A DNA stretch of 64,000 bases from Nitrospinales bacterium (GCA_046757665.1 JBHHYO010000001.1:26822-90821), one strand, 5' to 3'. Shown: positions 35,127 through 44,892, counted from the stretch's first letter. The notes: a model not told the origin generated them from the letters alone. Translations and numbers: made by a program.

Positions 35127-35615
35127 ATGCAACATACGATTGCCGTTTTAGTCACCAACCGTTTTGGCGTGTTGTCGCGCATTTCCGGCTTGTTCAGTGG
35201 TCGCGGTTTCAATATCGAGAGTCTTAACGTAGCGGAAACCAACGACCCCAACGTCTCCCGAATGACGATCGTCACCCGCGGCGACGACAAAAAAATCGAG
35301 CAAATTACCAAGCAGTTGAACAAGCTGATTGACATCATCAAGGTCGTCGACTTGACGGCGGAGAGCTTCATCGACCGTGAAATGATTCTGGTTAAAATGA
35401 ACGCCGAACCCGCCGCGCGGGAGGAAATTCTTCGCATTGTCGGCATTTTCCGGGCCAAGGTTGTGGATGTCAGCTCCTCCACCTACACGATCGAAATCAC
35501 CGGCGACGAAGGCAAACTCAAGGGCATTTTGGAATTGTTGCGGCCCTTGGGGATCAAGGAAGTGGTGCGCTCCGGCAGAATCGCCCTGGCCCGGGGCATG
35601 AAGTCGATAAACTAA
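35127..35615 (+). CDS. ilvN: Acetolactate synthase small (regulatory) subunit
   Basis: The ACT domain [35 protein letters not shown] is present. 162 aa. Confidence 0.92.
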   Translation: MQHTIAVLVTNRFGVLSRISGLFSGRGFNIESLNVAETNDPNVSRMTIVTRGDDKKIEQITKQLNKLIDIIKVVDLTAESFIDREMILVKMNAEPAAREEILRIVGIFRAKVVDVSSSTYTIEITGDEGKLKGILELLRPLGIKEVVRSGRIALARGMKSIN

Positions 35616-35677
35616 TCGGCAGGGAACAAGTACGTCTGTTTCTTGCTTCTCGAAGCACATGGAATAAGGAGAAAAAC

Positions 35678-36685
35678 GTGGGAAACATCTATTATGACCG
35701 AGACGCCGATTTAAAATACCTGGAAGGCAAAACCGTCGCCGTCATCGGTTACGGTAGCCAGGGTCATGCTCATGCCCGGAATTTATATGACAGCGGCGTC
35801 AAGTCCCTGGTCGGCTTGCGAAGGGAGAGCGCCTTTTGGGACTGCGTCGTTAAGGACGGCCTGGAGGTCTTGACCGTCGCCGAGGCTTCCAAAAAAGCCG
35901 ATATCATCATGATTCTGGTCCCGGACGACAAGCAACGCGACGTTTATTTAAAAGACATCCGGCCGCACCTCGAAAAGGGAAACGCCCTGGCTTTTGGACA
36001 TGGATTCAACATCCATTTCGGCCAGGTGGTTCCCCCGGACAATGTCGACGTTTTCATGGTTGCGCCCAAGGGTCCCGGACACTTGGTGCGCCGCACCTAT
36101 GAGTCGGGCGCCGGCGTGCCCTGCCTGCTGGCCGTCGAGCAGGACGTATCGGGGACTTGCCAGCAAGTCGCTCTCGCTTACGCGAAAGCCATCGGCGGAA
36201 CCCGCGCCGGTGTCCTGGAAACCAGCTTCCGGGAAGAAACGGAAACCGATCTCTTCGGTGAACAAGCTGTGCTGTGCGGAGGGCTGACCGAGTTGATCCG
36301 CGCGGCTTTCGACACGTTGGTCGAGGCCGGATACAATCCCGACCTGGCTTACTTTGAATGCCTCCACGAGGTTAAACTCATCGTGGACCTGATTTACGAG
36401 GGCGGCATCGACAATATGCGTTACTCCATCAGCACCACCGCGGCTTACGGAGATGTTACCCGCGGGCCGAGAATTATCACCCAGGAAACCCGCAAGGCGA
36501 TGAAGGGGATCCTGCGGGAAATCCAGAACGGCAGTTTTGCCCGGGAATTCATTCTCGAAAACCAGGCCAACCGGCCGGTTTTCAATGCCCGGTTGAAAGA
36601 AGATTCTCAGCACATGATCGAAGATGTCGGCGAACGGTTGCGCAAAATGATGCCTTTTGTCGGTTCGAAAATTAACAAACCGTGA
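35678..36685 (+). CDS. ilvC: Ketol-acid reductoisomerase
   Basis: The start is GTG, preceded by the AGGAG RBS. Motif: [20 protein letters not shown]. 335 aa (class I). Confidence 0.95.
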   Translation: MGNIYYDRDADLKYLEGKTVAVIGYGSQGHAHARNLYDSGVKSLVGLRRESAFWDCVVKDGLEVLTVAEASKKADIIMILVPDDKQRDVYLKDIRPHLEKGNALAFGHGFNIHFGQVVPPDNVDVFMVAPKGPGHLVRRTYESGAGVPCLLAVEQDVSGTCQQVALAYAKAIGGTRAGVLETSFREETETDLFGEQAVLCGGLTELIRAAFDTLVEAGYNPDLAYFECLHEVKLIVDLIYEGGIDNMRYSISTTAAYGDVTRGPRIITQETRKAMKGILREIQNGSFAREFILENQANRPVFNARLKEDSQHMIEDVGERLRKMMPFVGSKINKP

Positions 36686-37338
36686 TGGTGGAAAAAACAC
36701 GGATACCGATAGCAAGGGAAGGACTTGTCTTCATCATTCCCTTGGGTTTGTTGAGCAGTTTTCTGTGGCTGGCGGAATGGACGATCACCGCCTCGGTCAT
36801 TACCGGTTTATTTTTGTTTGTGCTTTATTTTTTTCGCGATCCGGAGCGGGCAATCCCGCCGGGTGAAGACATCATCGTTTCTCCGGCGGACGGGAAGATC
36901 ATGGAAATTACCTCTGACGTGGATCCTTTCCTGGGCGAAGCGTTTACCCGCGTTACTATTTTTTTGTCTGTGTTCAACGTTCACATTAACCGGGCGCCCA
37001 TTGGCGGGGAAGTCGAAAAAAAACGTTACGACCCCGGCAAAATGCTGGCCGCATTCAACCCCAGGGCTTCAAAGGAAAATGAGCAGAATATTCTTCTGTT
37101 CGGCAATGGCCGAGCCCATATTCTGGTCAAACAAATTACCGGACTGATCGCGCGCCGCATTGTTTGCTGGGCCAACGTGGGCGACAGCTATGCCCTGGGC
37201 CAGCGGTTTGGCCTGATCCGCTTCGGCTCGCGGGTGGACATTTTCGTCCCGGCGGGAACCCGGCTGGCAGTGAAACCGGGCGACCACGTCAAGGGTGCGA
37301 GCAGTCTCATCGGCTATTTGCCGAAGGATGCGCCATGA
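36682..37338 (+). CDS. psd: Phosphatidylserine decarboxylase proenzyme (short form)
   Basis: The start overlaps the ilvC stop (GTGATG). The self-cleavage region is [13 protein letters not shown], and PADGKI is present. Confidence 0.88.
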   Translation: MMVEKTRIPIAREGLVFIIPLGLLSSFLWLAEWTITASVITGLFLFVLYFFRDPERAIPPGEDIIVSPADGKIMEITSDVDPFLGEAFTRVTIFLSVFNVHINRAPIGGEVEKKRYDPGKMLAAFNPRASKENEQNILLFGNGRAHILVKQITGLIARRIVCWANVGDSYALGQRFGLIRFGSRVDIFVPAGTRLAVKPGDHVKGASSLIGYLPKDAP

Positions 37339-38087
37339 AAATAAGAAAAGGTATTTACATTCTGCCCAGTCTGTTCACGACGGGAAATATCTTCTGCGGC
37401 TTCTACACGTTTGTCGCCGTGTTGAATGAAGAGTTTTACCTGGCCGCCTGGGCCATCGTTCTGGCCATTGTCTTTGACGGCCTGGACGGCAGAGTGGCCC
37501 GTTTGACCAAAACCACCAGTAAATTCGGCGTTCAATTCGATTCGCTGGCGGATATCATCTCATTCGGCATGGCGCCCGCGTTCATGGTTTTTTCCTGGAA
37601 GCTCAAGCCGTTCGGGCGCATAGGCTGGATGGCCGCCTTCCTGTTTTTGATCTGCGGAGCCTTGCGGCTGGCCCGATTCAATACCATGAAGTCCGACGAA
37701 GACGAAGATGGTTACTTTAACGGCCTTCCCATACCCGGCGCCGCCGCGGTGATTGCCTCGATTGTCATTTTGTCCGAGGACCGGATTTTCACCCAGTTCC
37801 CGCCGGTATTTCTGGTCGTCATCGTTTACGTCTTGGCTTTTCTCATGGTCAGCAATATCAAATACCCCGCGTTCAAGAAGGTGGGGCTTAAAGCGCGGGT
37901 GCCTTTCGCCCGGTTTCTTTTTGTCGTTCTGGTGTTTTACCTGTTTGCGACGATTCCCCGCCTGGCTCTGGCATTTGTCAGTTTTTCTTACGCGCTCTTC
38001 GGCCCTTTGAGATTTTTGGTTTTGGTTGTCAGGAAAAAAACCGCTCCGAATACGTCGGCGACCCGGAACCGTCCGGAAAAATTTTGA
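37335..38087 (+). CDS. pssA: CDP-diacylglycerol--serine O-phosphatidyltransferase
   Basis: I set the start at ATG 37335 (ATGA overlap with the psd stop). It has the CDP-alcohol phosphatidyltransferase motif DGLDGRVARLTKTTSKFGVQFDSLADIISFG. Confidence 0.9.
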   Translation: MKIRKGIYILPSLFTTGNIFCGFYTFVAVLNEEFYLAAWAIVLAIVFDGLDGRVARLTKTTSKFGVQFDSLADIISFGMAPAFMVFSWKLKPFGRIGWMAAFLFLICGALRLARFNTMKSDEDEDGYFNGLPIPGAAAVIASIVILSEDRIFTQFPPVFLVVIVYVLAFLMVSNIKYPAFKKVGLKARVPFARFLFVVLVFYLFATIPRLALAFVSFSYALFGPLRFLVLVVRKKTAPNTSATRNRPEKF

Positions 38088-38208
38088 TCGCAAGGCATTT
38101 GGGGAATCAATACGCCTGGAGCGGATCCGGGAAGAATTTCCCTTTCACCAAGCGGTCCCCCCTCTCGCCGGGGAGATCCCCGTCTAAAGCTGTCGGCAAA
38201 AGGCCCTC

Positions 38209-39048
38209 ATGTCCTGGTTAGATAAATTCAAGGCCGGAATCGGCAAAAAAATTTCCAAACCCGAGGAAATCTGGGTTGAATGTCCGAAATGCCGGAAAAA
38301 CAACCTCGCCGCCGAGCTGGAAACAATTCTCTTCGTCTGTCCCAAATGCGACAACCATCTTCGCATGGGCGCCTTGGAGCGGATTCATATGATCCTCGAA
38401 CCGGACGGTTTGACCCAGTACGATCAAGGCCTGGTGTCCGTCGATCCGTTGAAGTTCAAGGACAAAAAAAAATACAAGGATCGTATTAAATCAGCGCTCA
38501 AAAAAACATCCGGTAGCGATGCGGTCATTACCGCTTCCGGAATGCTGGGCGAGCACCGCGTCGAGGTGTGCGCGTTTGAGTTCAGCTTCATGGGAGGAAG
38601 CATGGGGTCGGTCGTCGGAGAAAAGATCACCCGTAGCATTGATCGGGCCATCCAGAACGACACGCCGTTGATTATTTTCAGCAGTTCGGGCGGCGCCCGT
38701 ATGCAGGAGGGAATTCTTTCCCTGATGCAAATGGCCAAAACCTCCTCCGCCCTGCAACAGCTTGCGGAACGGAAGATTCCCTATATCTCCGTTTTAACCG
38801 ATCCCACCACGGGAGGAGTCTCGGCCAGCCTGGCCATGCTGGGCGACATCATTCTGGCGGAACCGGGCGCCCTGATTGGTTTTGCCGGTCGCCGGGTGAT
38901 CGAGCAGACCATTCAGGAAAAAATTCCCGACGGCTTTCAAACCGCCGAATTCCTGCTACAAAACGGATTGATCGACAACGTAGTTCACAGGCGGGACATG
39001 AAAAAAACGCTGGCCAAGTTGCTGACCTTGCTCAAAAACCGGAATTGA
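38209..39048 (+). CDS. accD: Acetyl-CoA carboxylase carboxyltransferase beta subunit
   Basis: It begins MSWLDKF, carries the zinc ribbon CPKCRKN...CPKCDNHLRM, and has the carboxyltransferase core GGSMGSVVGEK. Confidence 0.93.
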   Translation: MSWLDKFKAGIGKKISKPEEIWVECPKCRKNNLAAELETILFVCPKCDNHLRMGALERIHMILEPDGLTQYDQGLVSVDPLKFKDKKKYKDRIKSALKKTSGSDAVITASGMLGEHRVEVCAFEFSFMGGSMGSVVGEKITRSIDRAIQNDTPLIIFSSSGGARMQEGILSLMQMAKTSSALQQLAERKIPYISVLTDPTTGGVSASLAMLGDIILAEPGALIGFAGRRVIEQTIQEKIPDGFQTAEFLLQNGLIDNVVHRRDMKKTLAKLLTLLKNRN

Positions 39049-39051
39049 CCG

Positions 39052-40014
39052 TTAAACCCCAAGACTGCTCACGGCGTCCTGTAGCGACATGGCGATACAG
39101 GTAAAAATCGGAATGTCGTTTTCCGTGTAGCGGCTACCCTCCGTTTCCCTGAGGTCCATGACCAGGTCCAGAAAGTCCTGCGGATAGTCCGTCTCGAAGG
39201 CAACGACAAACTCGTTGTCGTCCAGACCGAACGAGTAGCTGGTGTTCAGTTTTACCGACGGGTACTTGTTGCCGATATAAATGTGCTCATCCATGATCCC
39301 CTGGCGGGTATGCTTGGTGAGCAGGTACCATTCCCGCTTCTTGGTGAAGGGGTAGATGAACAGATACTTTGCCTTGCCCGGAATGATATGGGTCCGGTCT
39401 TCCTCATGTTCCGGGTTGAAGATATCGAGGTAGGTGGACTGTTTGGTCATGGAAAGATAAGAGTAAGTCTGGTTCAGGTATTTGCCTAACCCGGTGCTGT
39501 GCATCTTGGTGGTCATTTTCTGGAAATTTTCGATCTCATAGCTAATGCGCCAGAACATGATATCCGCGTCGCAACGAATACCCACCGTCGAATAACTCAG
39601 GACAATGATGTCGTCGTTGCTGTCGTAATCTTCGAGGACGTCGAGGTATTCCTTTTTCGCCTTGGCCTGCTCTTCCTGGGAAAGGCGCCTGAAAGCCGGG
39701 TCGAGCTTGTAAAACGCAAAATTGATGAACTGCCGCTTCACCTCTTTCTTGCCTTCAACAGCCTGGGTTTTTGCTTTTTCCTGTTCGGCTTGTCTTTTCT
39801 GCATCGCCGCGCCTTCACGCTCCTGCCGCGCGCGCGACACGACATCGTCATCTATGACCGAAACGCCGATGTCCTTGGCAAACTGCTCAATGCCGCGCAC
39901 GACGCCCTTGCGCACGAAGAAAGGCACGTTTTTCATGCGGGCGCTGGCGCTTTCCGTCCATTGCAACTCCGTTGTGGGCATCGACTCTTCCAGTTCCTTG
40001 TCATCAATACTCAT
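39052..40014 (-). CDS. Fusion of a PCP_red-like domain (protochlorophyllide-reductase 57-kDa-subunit C-terminal type) with a chlorite dismutase/HemQ (ChdC)-family domain
   Basis: I set the start at ATG 40014 (MSIDDKEL). The N-terminal region reads WTESASARMKNVPFFVRKGVVRGIEQFAKDIG. The C-terminal region reads YLFIYPFTKKREWYLLTKHTRQGIMDEHI...YSFGLDDNEFVVAFETDYPQDFLDLVMDLRETE. Confidence 0.78.
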   Translation of the reverse strand: MSIDDKELEESMPTTELQWTESASARMKNVPFFVRKGVVRGIEQFAKDIGVSVIDDDVVSRARQEREGAAMQKRQAEQEKAKTQAVEGKKEVKRQFINFAFYKLDPAFRRLSQEEQAKAKKEYLDVLEDYDSNDDIIVLSYSTVGIRCDADIMFWRISYEIENFQKMTTKMHSTGLGKYLNQTYSYLSMTKQSTYLDIFNPEHEEDRTHIIPGKAKYLFIYPFTKKREWYLLTKHTRQGIMDEHIYIGNKYPSVKLNTSYSFGLDDNEFVVAFETDYPQDFLDLVMDLRETEGSRYTENDIPIFTCIAMSLQDAVSSLGV

Positions 40015-40098
40015 GGTTTGTTCTCTGCTTTGTTGGGTTTTTAAAAAAAATCTTTTCCGGTTCAGGGAGGATTCGACGGCCTTCCCGCGGAAGTTCAC

Positions 40099-40128
40099 TT
40101 TAAAATGAATTGAATTAAAATCTATAAT
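40099..40128 (+). promoter_or_regulatory. Candidate sigma70-type promoter (TTTAAA/TTAAAA - 17-18 nt - TATAAT)
   Basis: A perfect TATAAT lies at 40123-40128 in the AT-rich divergent spacer, 99 nt upstream of the rocD ATG. Confidence 0.35.
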
Positions 40129-40226
40129 AGACTGGGCGAAATGGAATTTCAACCATTATGCCCCTCGATTTTTAGGCGGCGCGGTTTTCGATCTCCGGGG
40201 CGCCCGGTTCACAAGGAAGCGGAACG

Positions 40227-41429
40227 ATGAACACACAGGATTACATCCGATTGGAAAACGAATACGGCGCGCATAATTATCAGCCGCTCGATGTGGTATT
40301 GTGCCGGGGCGAAGGCATTTGGGTCTGGGATGTCGAAGGCAAAAAGTACCTGGATTGCCTGTCGTCCTACTCCGCCGTGAACCAGGGCCATTGCCACCCC
40401 AAAATCTTGCGTACCCTGGTCGAGCAGGCCGGCAAACTGACGCTCGTCTCGCGCGCGTTCCGCAACGACCAACTGGGCTTGTTTTACCGGGAAATCTGCG
40501 AGCTGACCCGGTCGCACAGCGTACTGCCCATGAACAGCGGCGCCGAGGCCGTCGAGTCCGCCATCAAGGCGGTGCGCAAGTGGGGCTACCAGATCAAGAA
40601 AGTCCCGCCGGGCCGGGCGGAAATCATCACCTGCGCCAACAATTTTCACGGCCGCACCCTGACCATTGTCGGATTCAGCACCGAGTCCCAGTACCGCGAC
40701 GGTTACGCCCCCTTCACCCCCGGATTCAAAACCATCCCCTTCGGCGACGCGGCAAGCCTGGAGAAAACCATCACCGACAATACCGTTGCGTTCCTGGTCG
40801 AGCCCATCCAGGGAGAGGGCGGGGTGGTCCTGCCGCCGCCGGGCTATTTGAAATCCGTCCGCAAAATCTGCGACGACCGCAACGTCATTCTGGTGCTCGA
40901 CGAAATACAAACCGGGCTGGGCCGCACCGGCAAACTGTTCGCCGAGGAGTACGATTCCATTCAGTCGGACCTGACCCTAGTGGGCAAGGCATTGTCCGGT
41001 GGCTTCTATCCCGTCTCCGCCGTACTCTCCAACAAGGAGGTGCTCGGCGTTTTCCGGCCGGGCGACCACGGGAGCACCTTCGGCGGCAATCCCCTGGCCT
41101 GCGCCGTGGCGCGGACGGCGCTGAAAACGCTGGTGGAGGAACGTATGATCGAAAACGCCGCCGCCATGGGAGAATATTTTTTAGCCAAACTTCATGAAAT
41201 CGATTCCCCGCATATCAAGGAAATCCGCGGCCGGGGACTGCTGATCGGCGTCGAGCTGTTTCCGCAGGCCGGCGGGGCGCGCCGGTTTTGCGAGGCGCTC
41301 ATGCAAACGGGCATCCTTTGCAAGGAAACCCATCAACACGTCATCCGCTTCGCGCCGCCCCTCATCATCCGGAAAGAAAACATCGACTGGGCCATGGAGC
41401 GGATTCACACCGCGCTGACGCGGAAGTGA
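40227..41429 (+). CDS. rocD: Ornithine--oxo-acid aminotransferase
   Basis: The N-terminus [48 protein letters not shown] is highly typical of OAT. The [15 protein letters not shown] and STFGGNPLA motifs are also present. Confidence 0.9.
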   Translation: MNTQDYIRLENEYGAHNYQPLDVVLCRGEGIWVWDVEGKKYLDCLSSYSAVNQGHCHPKILRTLVEQAGKLTLVSRAFRNDQLGLFYREICELTRSHSVLPMNSGAEAVESAIKAVRKWGYQIKKVPPGRAEIITCANNFHGRTLTIVGFSTESQYRDGYAPFTPGFKTIPFGDAASLEKTITDNTVAFLVEPIQGEGGVVLPPPGYLKSVRKICDDRNVILVLDEIQTGLGRTGKLFAEEYDSIQSDLTLVGKALSGGFYPVSAVLSNKEVLGVFRPGDHGSTFGGNPLACAVARTALKTLVEERMIENAAAMGEYFLAKLHEIDSPHIKEIRGRGLLIGVELFPQAGGARRFCEALMQTGILCKETHQHVIRFAPPLIIRKENIDWAMERIHTALTRK

Positions 41430-41449
41430 TCGCGGCCCGCCTTTGACGC

Positions 41450-42199
41450 CTACAACCCGGTGGGATAGTCGAGAAACTCGGTCTCGATGCCGAACTGGTC
41501 CCGCAAGTGACGGCCCACCGCCAAAACGCCGCCCGTTTCCGTGGCGTAATGGCCCGCCAGAATGAGCACGCATCCACCCTCGATGGCGTCGTGAAAGTGG
41601 TTGTTGGCGCCTTCCCCGGTGATATAGCAATCGAGATTTTCATTGACCGCCTGCTGAATGATATCGCCGGCGCCGCCGGTGACCAGGCCCAGCGTTTCGA
41701 CGTCGCCACTGCCGATCACTTTCGCGGGCGCGCCCAGTTTTTCCTCAAGTTCCCGGCCCAGCGTCGCGGCGGAGCGGCGCGCGATTTTTCCCTTCAAACC
41801 GATTTTTATGCCGCCGTACTCGCCGAACGGTTCCCGATTCCGCAAATCCACCTTGTCGGCCAGGGCCTTGTTGTTTCCCAGGACGGGATGAACATCCAGA
41901 GGAATGTGGGCGGAGTACAAGCCGATGTTGGCCCGGATCATGAGCGCCAGCTTTTCGTATAACTTGCCGCGCACCGGCCGCGCTCCGCCCCAGAACATCC
42001 CGTGGTGGACGAAAAGCATGTCGCACTTTTTATCGACCGCCATCCGCAGAGTGGCCAGACAAAGATCGACCGCCAACCCGATCCTCCTGACCTCGCCGGT
42101 GTTCTCCACTTGTAGCCCGTTGAAGGCGTTCGGCGAATCCTCGATGGAACCGATGTTCAGCAAGCCGTCCAGATAATGCGAAAGCCGTACGATGTCCAT
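41450..42199 (-). CDS. Nif3-like dinuclear metal centre protein (GTP cyclohydrolase 1 type 2 family)
   Basis: I set the start at ATG 42199 (MDIVRLSHYLD). The DSPNAFNGLQVEN and MLFVHHGMFWGG motifs are present. The upstream 37 codons of the listed ORF read through a palindromic repeat. Confidence 0.85.
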   Translation of the reverse strand: MDIVRLSHYLDGLLNIGSIEDSPNAFNGLQVENTGEVRRIGLAVDLCLATLRMAVDKKCDMLFVHHGMFWGGARPVRGKLYEKLALMIRANIGLYSAHIPLDVHPVLGNNKALADKVDLRNREPFGEYGGIKIGLKGKIARRSAATLGRELEEKLGAPAKVIGSGDVETLGLVTGGAGDIIQQAVNENLDCYITGEGANNHFHDAIEGGCVLILAGHYATETGGVLAVGRHLRDQFGIETEFLDYPTGL

Positions 42200-42230
42200 G
42201 GCAAAAAGTATAACCGAAACCCGCCCCGGT

Positions 42231-42308
42231 GTCATCGCGAGTCGCCCTGGGCGGCGTGGCGATCCAGCCTTCTGGATTGCTTCGTCGGCTGAGCCGCCTC
42301 GCAATGAC
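42231..42308. repeat. 78-bp imperfect palindromic element (nested inverted repeats GTCATCGCGAG/CTCGCAATGAC and GCGATCCAG/CTGGATTGC)
   Basis: Read directly: the outer arms are 42231-42241 and 42298-42308, with one mismatch. The inner arms are 42259-42267 and 42272-42280, also with one mismatch. It is intergenic, just upstream of the Nif3-like start. Confidence 0.65.
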
Positions 42309-42408
42309 AATCAACCAAGGATACTTGTGCAAAGGTCTCTCAAGGAAGAAGGTTTAGGAAATTTTTTCTTCGCGTCCTCCGCGCCTTTGCGGTTCCAGAT
42401 TTTTCCCG

Positions 42409-42427
42409 CCAACCGCCAACGGTCAAC
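42409..42427. repeat. Second copy of the CAACCGCCAAC-N-GTCAAC motif seen in the prfB hairpin
   Basis: CCAACCGCCAACGGTCAAC at 42409-42427 matches the reverse complement of 9851-9870 (GTTGACAGTTGGCGGTTGCC) at all but about 2 positions. Confidence 0.45.
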
Positions 42428-42640
42428 AGACCCTCTATAAATAGCGTACGGTGCAGGGTCCTCCGGGCGCAACGCCTTTGAATCCGGCAAGTTGAAAAGA
42501 CAATGGGGGTAGGTGTTCGCCCGCGGAAAACAGGTCACGGAAAAATTATAACCAAATCCGTTACGGACAAAAGTTATTCGCCAATATCTGTGTCTGGTAT
42601 CATATTGCGTGTTAGAATTACTGACGATTTGTGGGGGAGA

Positions 42641-43843
42641 ATGGCGAGCGAGGATGGAATGATAAGTCCGGATAAAATTGAGACGTTAATAAAAAAACCC
42701 GAATCCGACCGAATCGAAAAGAAAGAATCGCTGTCGGATAAAGATAAAATCCGCCAAACCATTTGTGCCTTTGCCAACGATTTGCCCAATCATGACAAAC
42801 CCGGTTATTTGTTGGTCGGCATTTGCGATGACGAGACATTTAGCGGTGTTGAAGTTACGGATAAAATTCTGCGGGATTTGTCTGATTTAAGGTCAGACGG
42901 CAATATTCTTCCTCCGCCCGTAATTACGGTGGAAAAAGCCAACGCTCAAGGATATGATGTTGCCGTTGTGGCAGTGCAACCTTCAAGATCACCCCCTGTC
43001 CGATGTCGGGGGCGAACCTATGTTCGCGTGGGGCCTACGACTCGTGTTGCCAACGGGGAGGAGGAGAGGCGTCTCTCGGAAAAAAGGAGGCATAAAAATA
43101 CTCCCTTTGATCAGCAACCTCAAGAAGAAGCCACATTAGATGATCTGGATTTGGAGTTTTTTAATAGAACCTATCTTCCTGGCGTTGTGGATCGAGAAGC
43201 TTTAAGAGCGAATGAACGTTTAGTTGGAGATAGGTTGATTTCTTGCCGCCTGCTGGCTCCCGATGGAAGGACTCCGACTATTGCCGGTATACTTATTTTG
43301 GGCATTGATCCCAAACGATGGATTCCCGGCGCGTATATCCAGTTTTTGCGTGTGGATGGTTCGGAACTTTCCGATCCGATCATTGATTCCAAGGAATTAA
43401 GTAGCAACCTGAACTCCCAGGCTTCCCTGGTTGCTGATCTTTTGAAATTAAATATTCACTCCGCCTCGAACGTGGGGAAGGATTTTCGCAGGCAGGAAAC
43501 TCTGGATTACCCCGATGAAGCATTGAGAGAGCTTGTTTTTAATGCCCTGATTCATCGAACTTATGAAGGAACCAACGCGCCAGTCAGAATAAGCTGGTTC
43601 GACGATAGGATAGAGATAACAAGTCCAGGTGGATTGTTCGGGAACGTCACTCCGGAAAATTTCGGGCAATTCACCGATTATCGAAACCCCACTATTGCGG
43701 AAGCCATGAGAGCCTTGGGATATGTTGAAAAATTTGGTGTTGGAGTCCAAAGGGCGAGAAAGCTTCTGGAAAAAAACGGCAATCCTCCGCCGGATTTTAA
43801 CTTTGACGAGCAGGCATTTGTCCTGGTTACCGTAAAAAAGTGA
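42641..43843 (+). CDS. AlbA_2 (Schlafen-type divergent AAA) + HATPase_c_4/wHTH domain protein, usually annotated as putative transcriptional regulator / RecG-like
   Basis: I set the start at ATG 42641, behind a GGGGGAGA RBS. The N-terminal region reads ESDRIEKKESL...ICAFANDLPNHDKPGYLLVGICDD. The C-terminal region reads LRELVFNALIHRTYEGTNAPVRISWFDDRIEITSPGGL. Confidence 0.78.
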   Translation: MASEDGMISPDKIETLIKKPESDRIEKKESLSDKDKIRQTICAFANDLPNHDKPGYLLVGICDDETFSGVEVTDKILRDLSDLRSDGNILPPPVITVEKANAQGYDVAVVAVQPSRSPPVRCRGRTYVRVGPTTRVANGEEERRLSEKRRHKNTPFDQQPQEEATLDDLDLEFFNRTYLPGVVDREALRANERLVGDRLISCRLLAPDGRTPTIAGILILGIDPKRWIPGAYIQFLRVDGSELSDPIIDSKELSSNLNSQASLVADLLKLNIHSASNVGKDFRRQETLDYPDEALRELVFNALIHRTYEGTNAPVRISWFDDRIEITSPGGLFGNVTPENFGQFTDYRNPTIAEAMRALGYVEKFGVGVQRARKLLEKNGNPPPDFNFDEQAFVLVTVKK

Positions 43844-44844
43844 TCATGAAAACACTGGTTTTGTTCAACAATAAGGGAGGGGTGGGAAAAACCACGCTGG
43901 TCTATCATCTGGCGCATATGTTTTCCCGGATGGATTTCAGAACCTTGGCTGTCGATTTGGATCCCCAAGCCAATCTTACCAGTGCTTTTCTGGATGAGGA
44001 CCGCGTGGAAGAGTTATGGGATCCCGACGATGGCGGGGATACCATCTTGGGTTGCCTTAACCCGATCCTCGTCGGAGAGGGTGGGGTTGCGGAGCCGTCC
44101 TTGGAAGAAATTCGCGATAGGCTTTGGATACTTCCTGGTCATTTGGGGTTAAGCCGGTTTGAAGATAAGCTTTCGGAAAGTTGGCCTAAAGTTTATAACG
44201 AAGATATTGCGGCTCTTAAAACGACGACGGCTTTTTATCGAATTATCCTTAAAGCAAGTAAGCAGGTCAATGCGGATGTGACTCTGATTGATGTCGGGCC
44301 AAACCTTGGCGCCATTAATCGGTCCGCAATCTTGGCCGCCGATTATCTTCTTGTGCCCTTGGCCGCCGACCTTTTTTCGCTTCAGGGTCTTAGGAACTTA
44401 GGACCCACCGTTCGAAAATGGAGAAGTCAGTGGCAAGACATGAAAGAAAAAGTTCCCGATGAAATTGAAATACCATCAGGGACAATGAAACCCATCGGTT
44501 ATCTTGTGGTCCAGCATGAGGTTCGCAAGGATCGTCCGGTAAAAGCTTTTCTCCGCTGGGCGGATCGAATCCCTGGCGTTTACTCAAAGGATGTTTTGAG
44601 TGAGAAAGATTCACGATCAAGTATTGCTGAAGATCCCAATTGTCTCATTCAACTAAAAAACTTCAAAAGTTTGATGCCAATGGCTCAAGATGCCCGCAAA
44701 CCCATGTTTGAACTTAAAAGCGCCGATGGAGCCATTGGCGGTCATGTCCGATTTGTTGCCGACTGTTATGATGAATTTGAAAAATTGGCCAGGAAAGTGT
44801 TGCAAAAAATCGGCTTGGAAATTTGTCAGCCGAAAGAGCCTTAG
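43840..44844 (+). CDS. ParA/Soj/MinD-superfamily ATPase
   Basis: It has the deviant Walker A LVLFNNKGGVGKTTLVYHLA, followed by AVDLDPQANLT. It overlaps the upstream gene by 4 nt. 334 aa, with an extended C-terminal half. Confidence 0.85.
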   Translation: MIMKTLVLFNNKGGVGKTTLVYHLAHMFSRMDFRTLAVDLDPQANLTSAFLDEDRVEELWDPDDGGDTILGCLNPILVGEGGVAEPSLEEIRDRLWILPGHLGLSRFEDKLSESWPKVYNEDIAALKTTTAFYRIILKASKQVNADVTLIDVGPNLGAINRSAILAADYLLVPLAADLFSLQGLRNLGPTVRKWRSQWQDMKEKVPDEIEIPSGTMKPIGYLVVQHEVRKDRPVKAFLRWADRIPGVYSKDVLSEKDSRSSIAEDPNCLIQLKNFKSLMPMAQDARKPMFELKSADGAIGGHVRFVADCYDEFEKLARKVLQKIGLEICQPKEP

Positions 44845-44892
44845 TCCCGATTTCAAGGAAGATGAGATTTTGGCACATGCTTTTTGGTTACG

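Noticed and set aside
42231-44892. Annotating the AT-rich islet as a mobile genetic element
   Set aside because: I saw no integrase, transposase, tRNA target or flanking direct repeats. Only the composition shift and nearby palindromes support horizontal origin, so I reported it as a finding rather than as a mobile_element feature.
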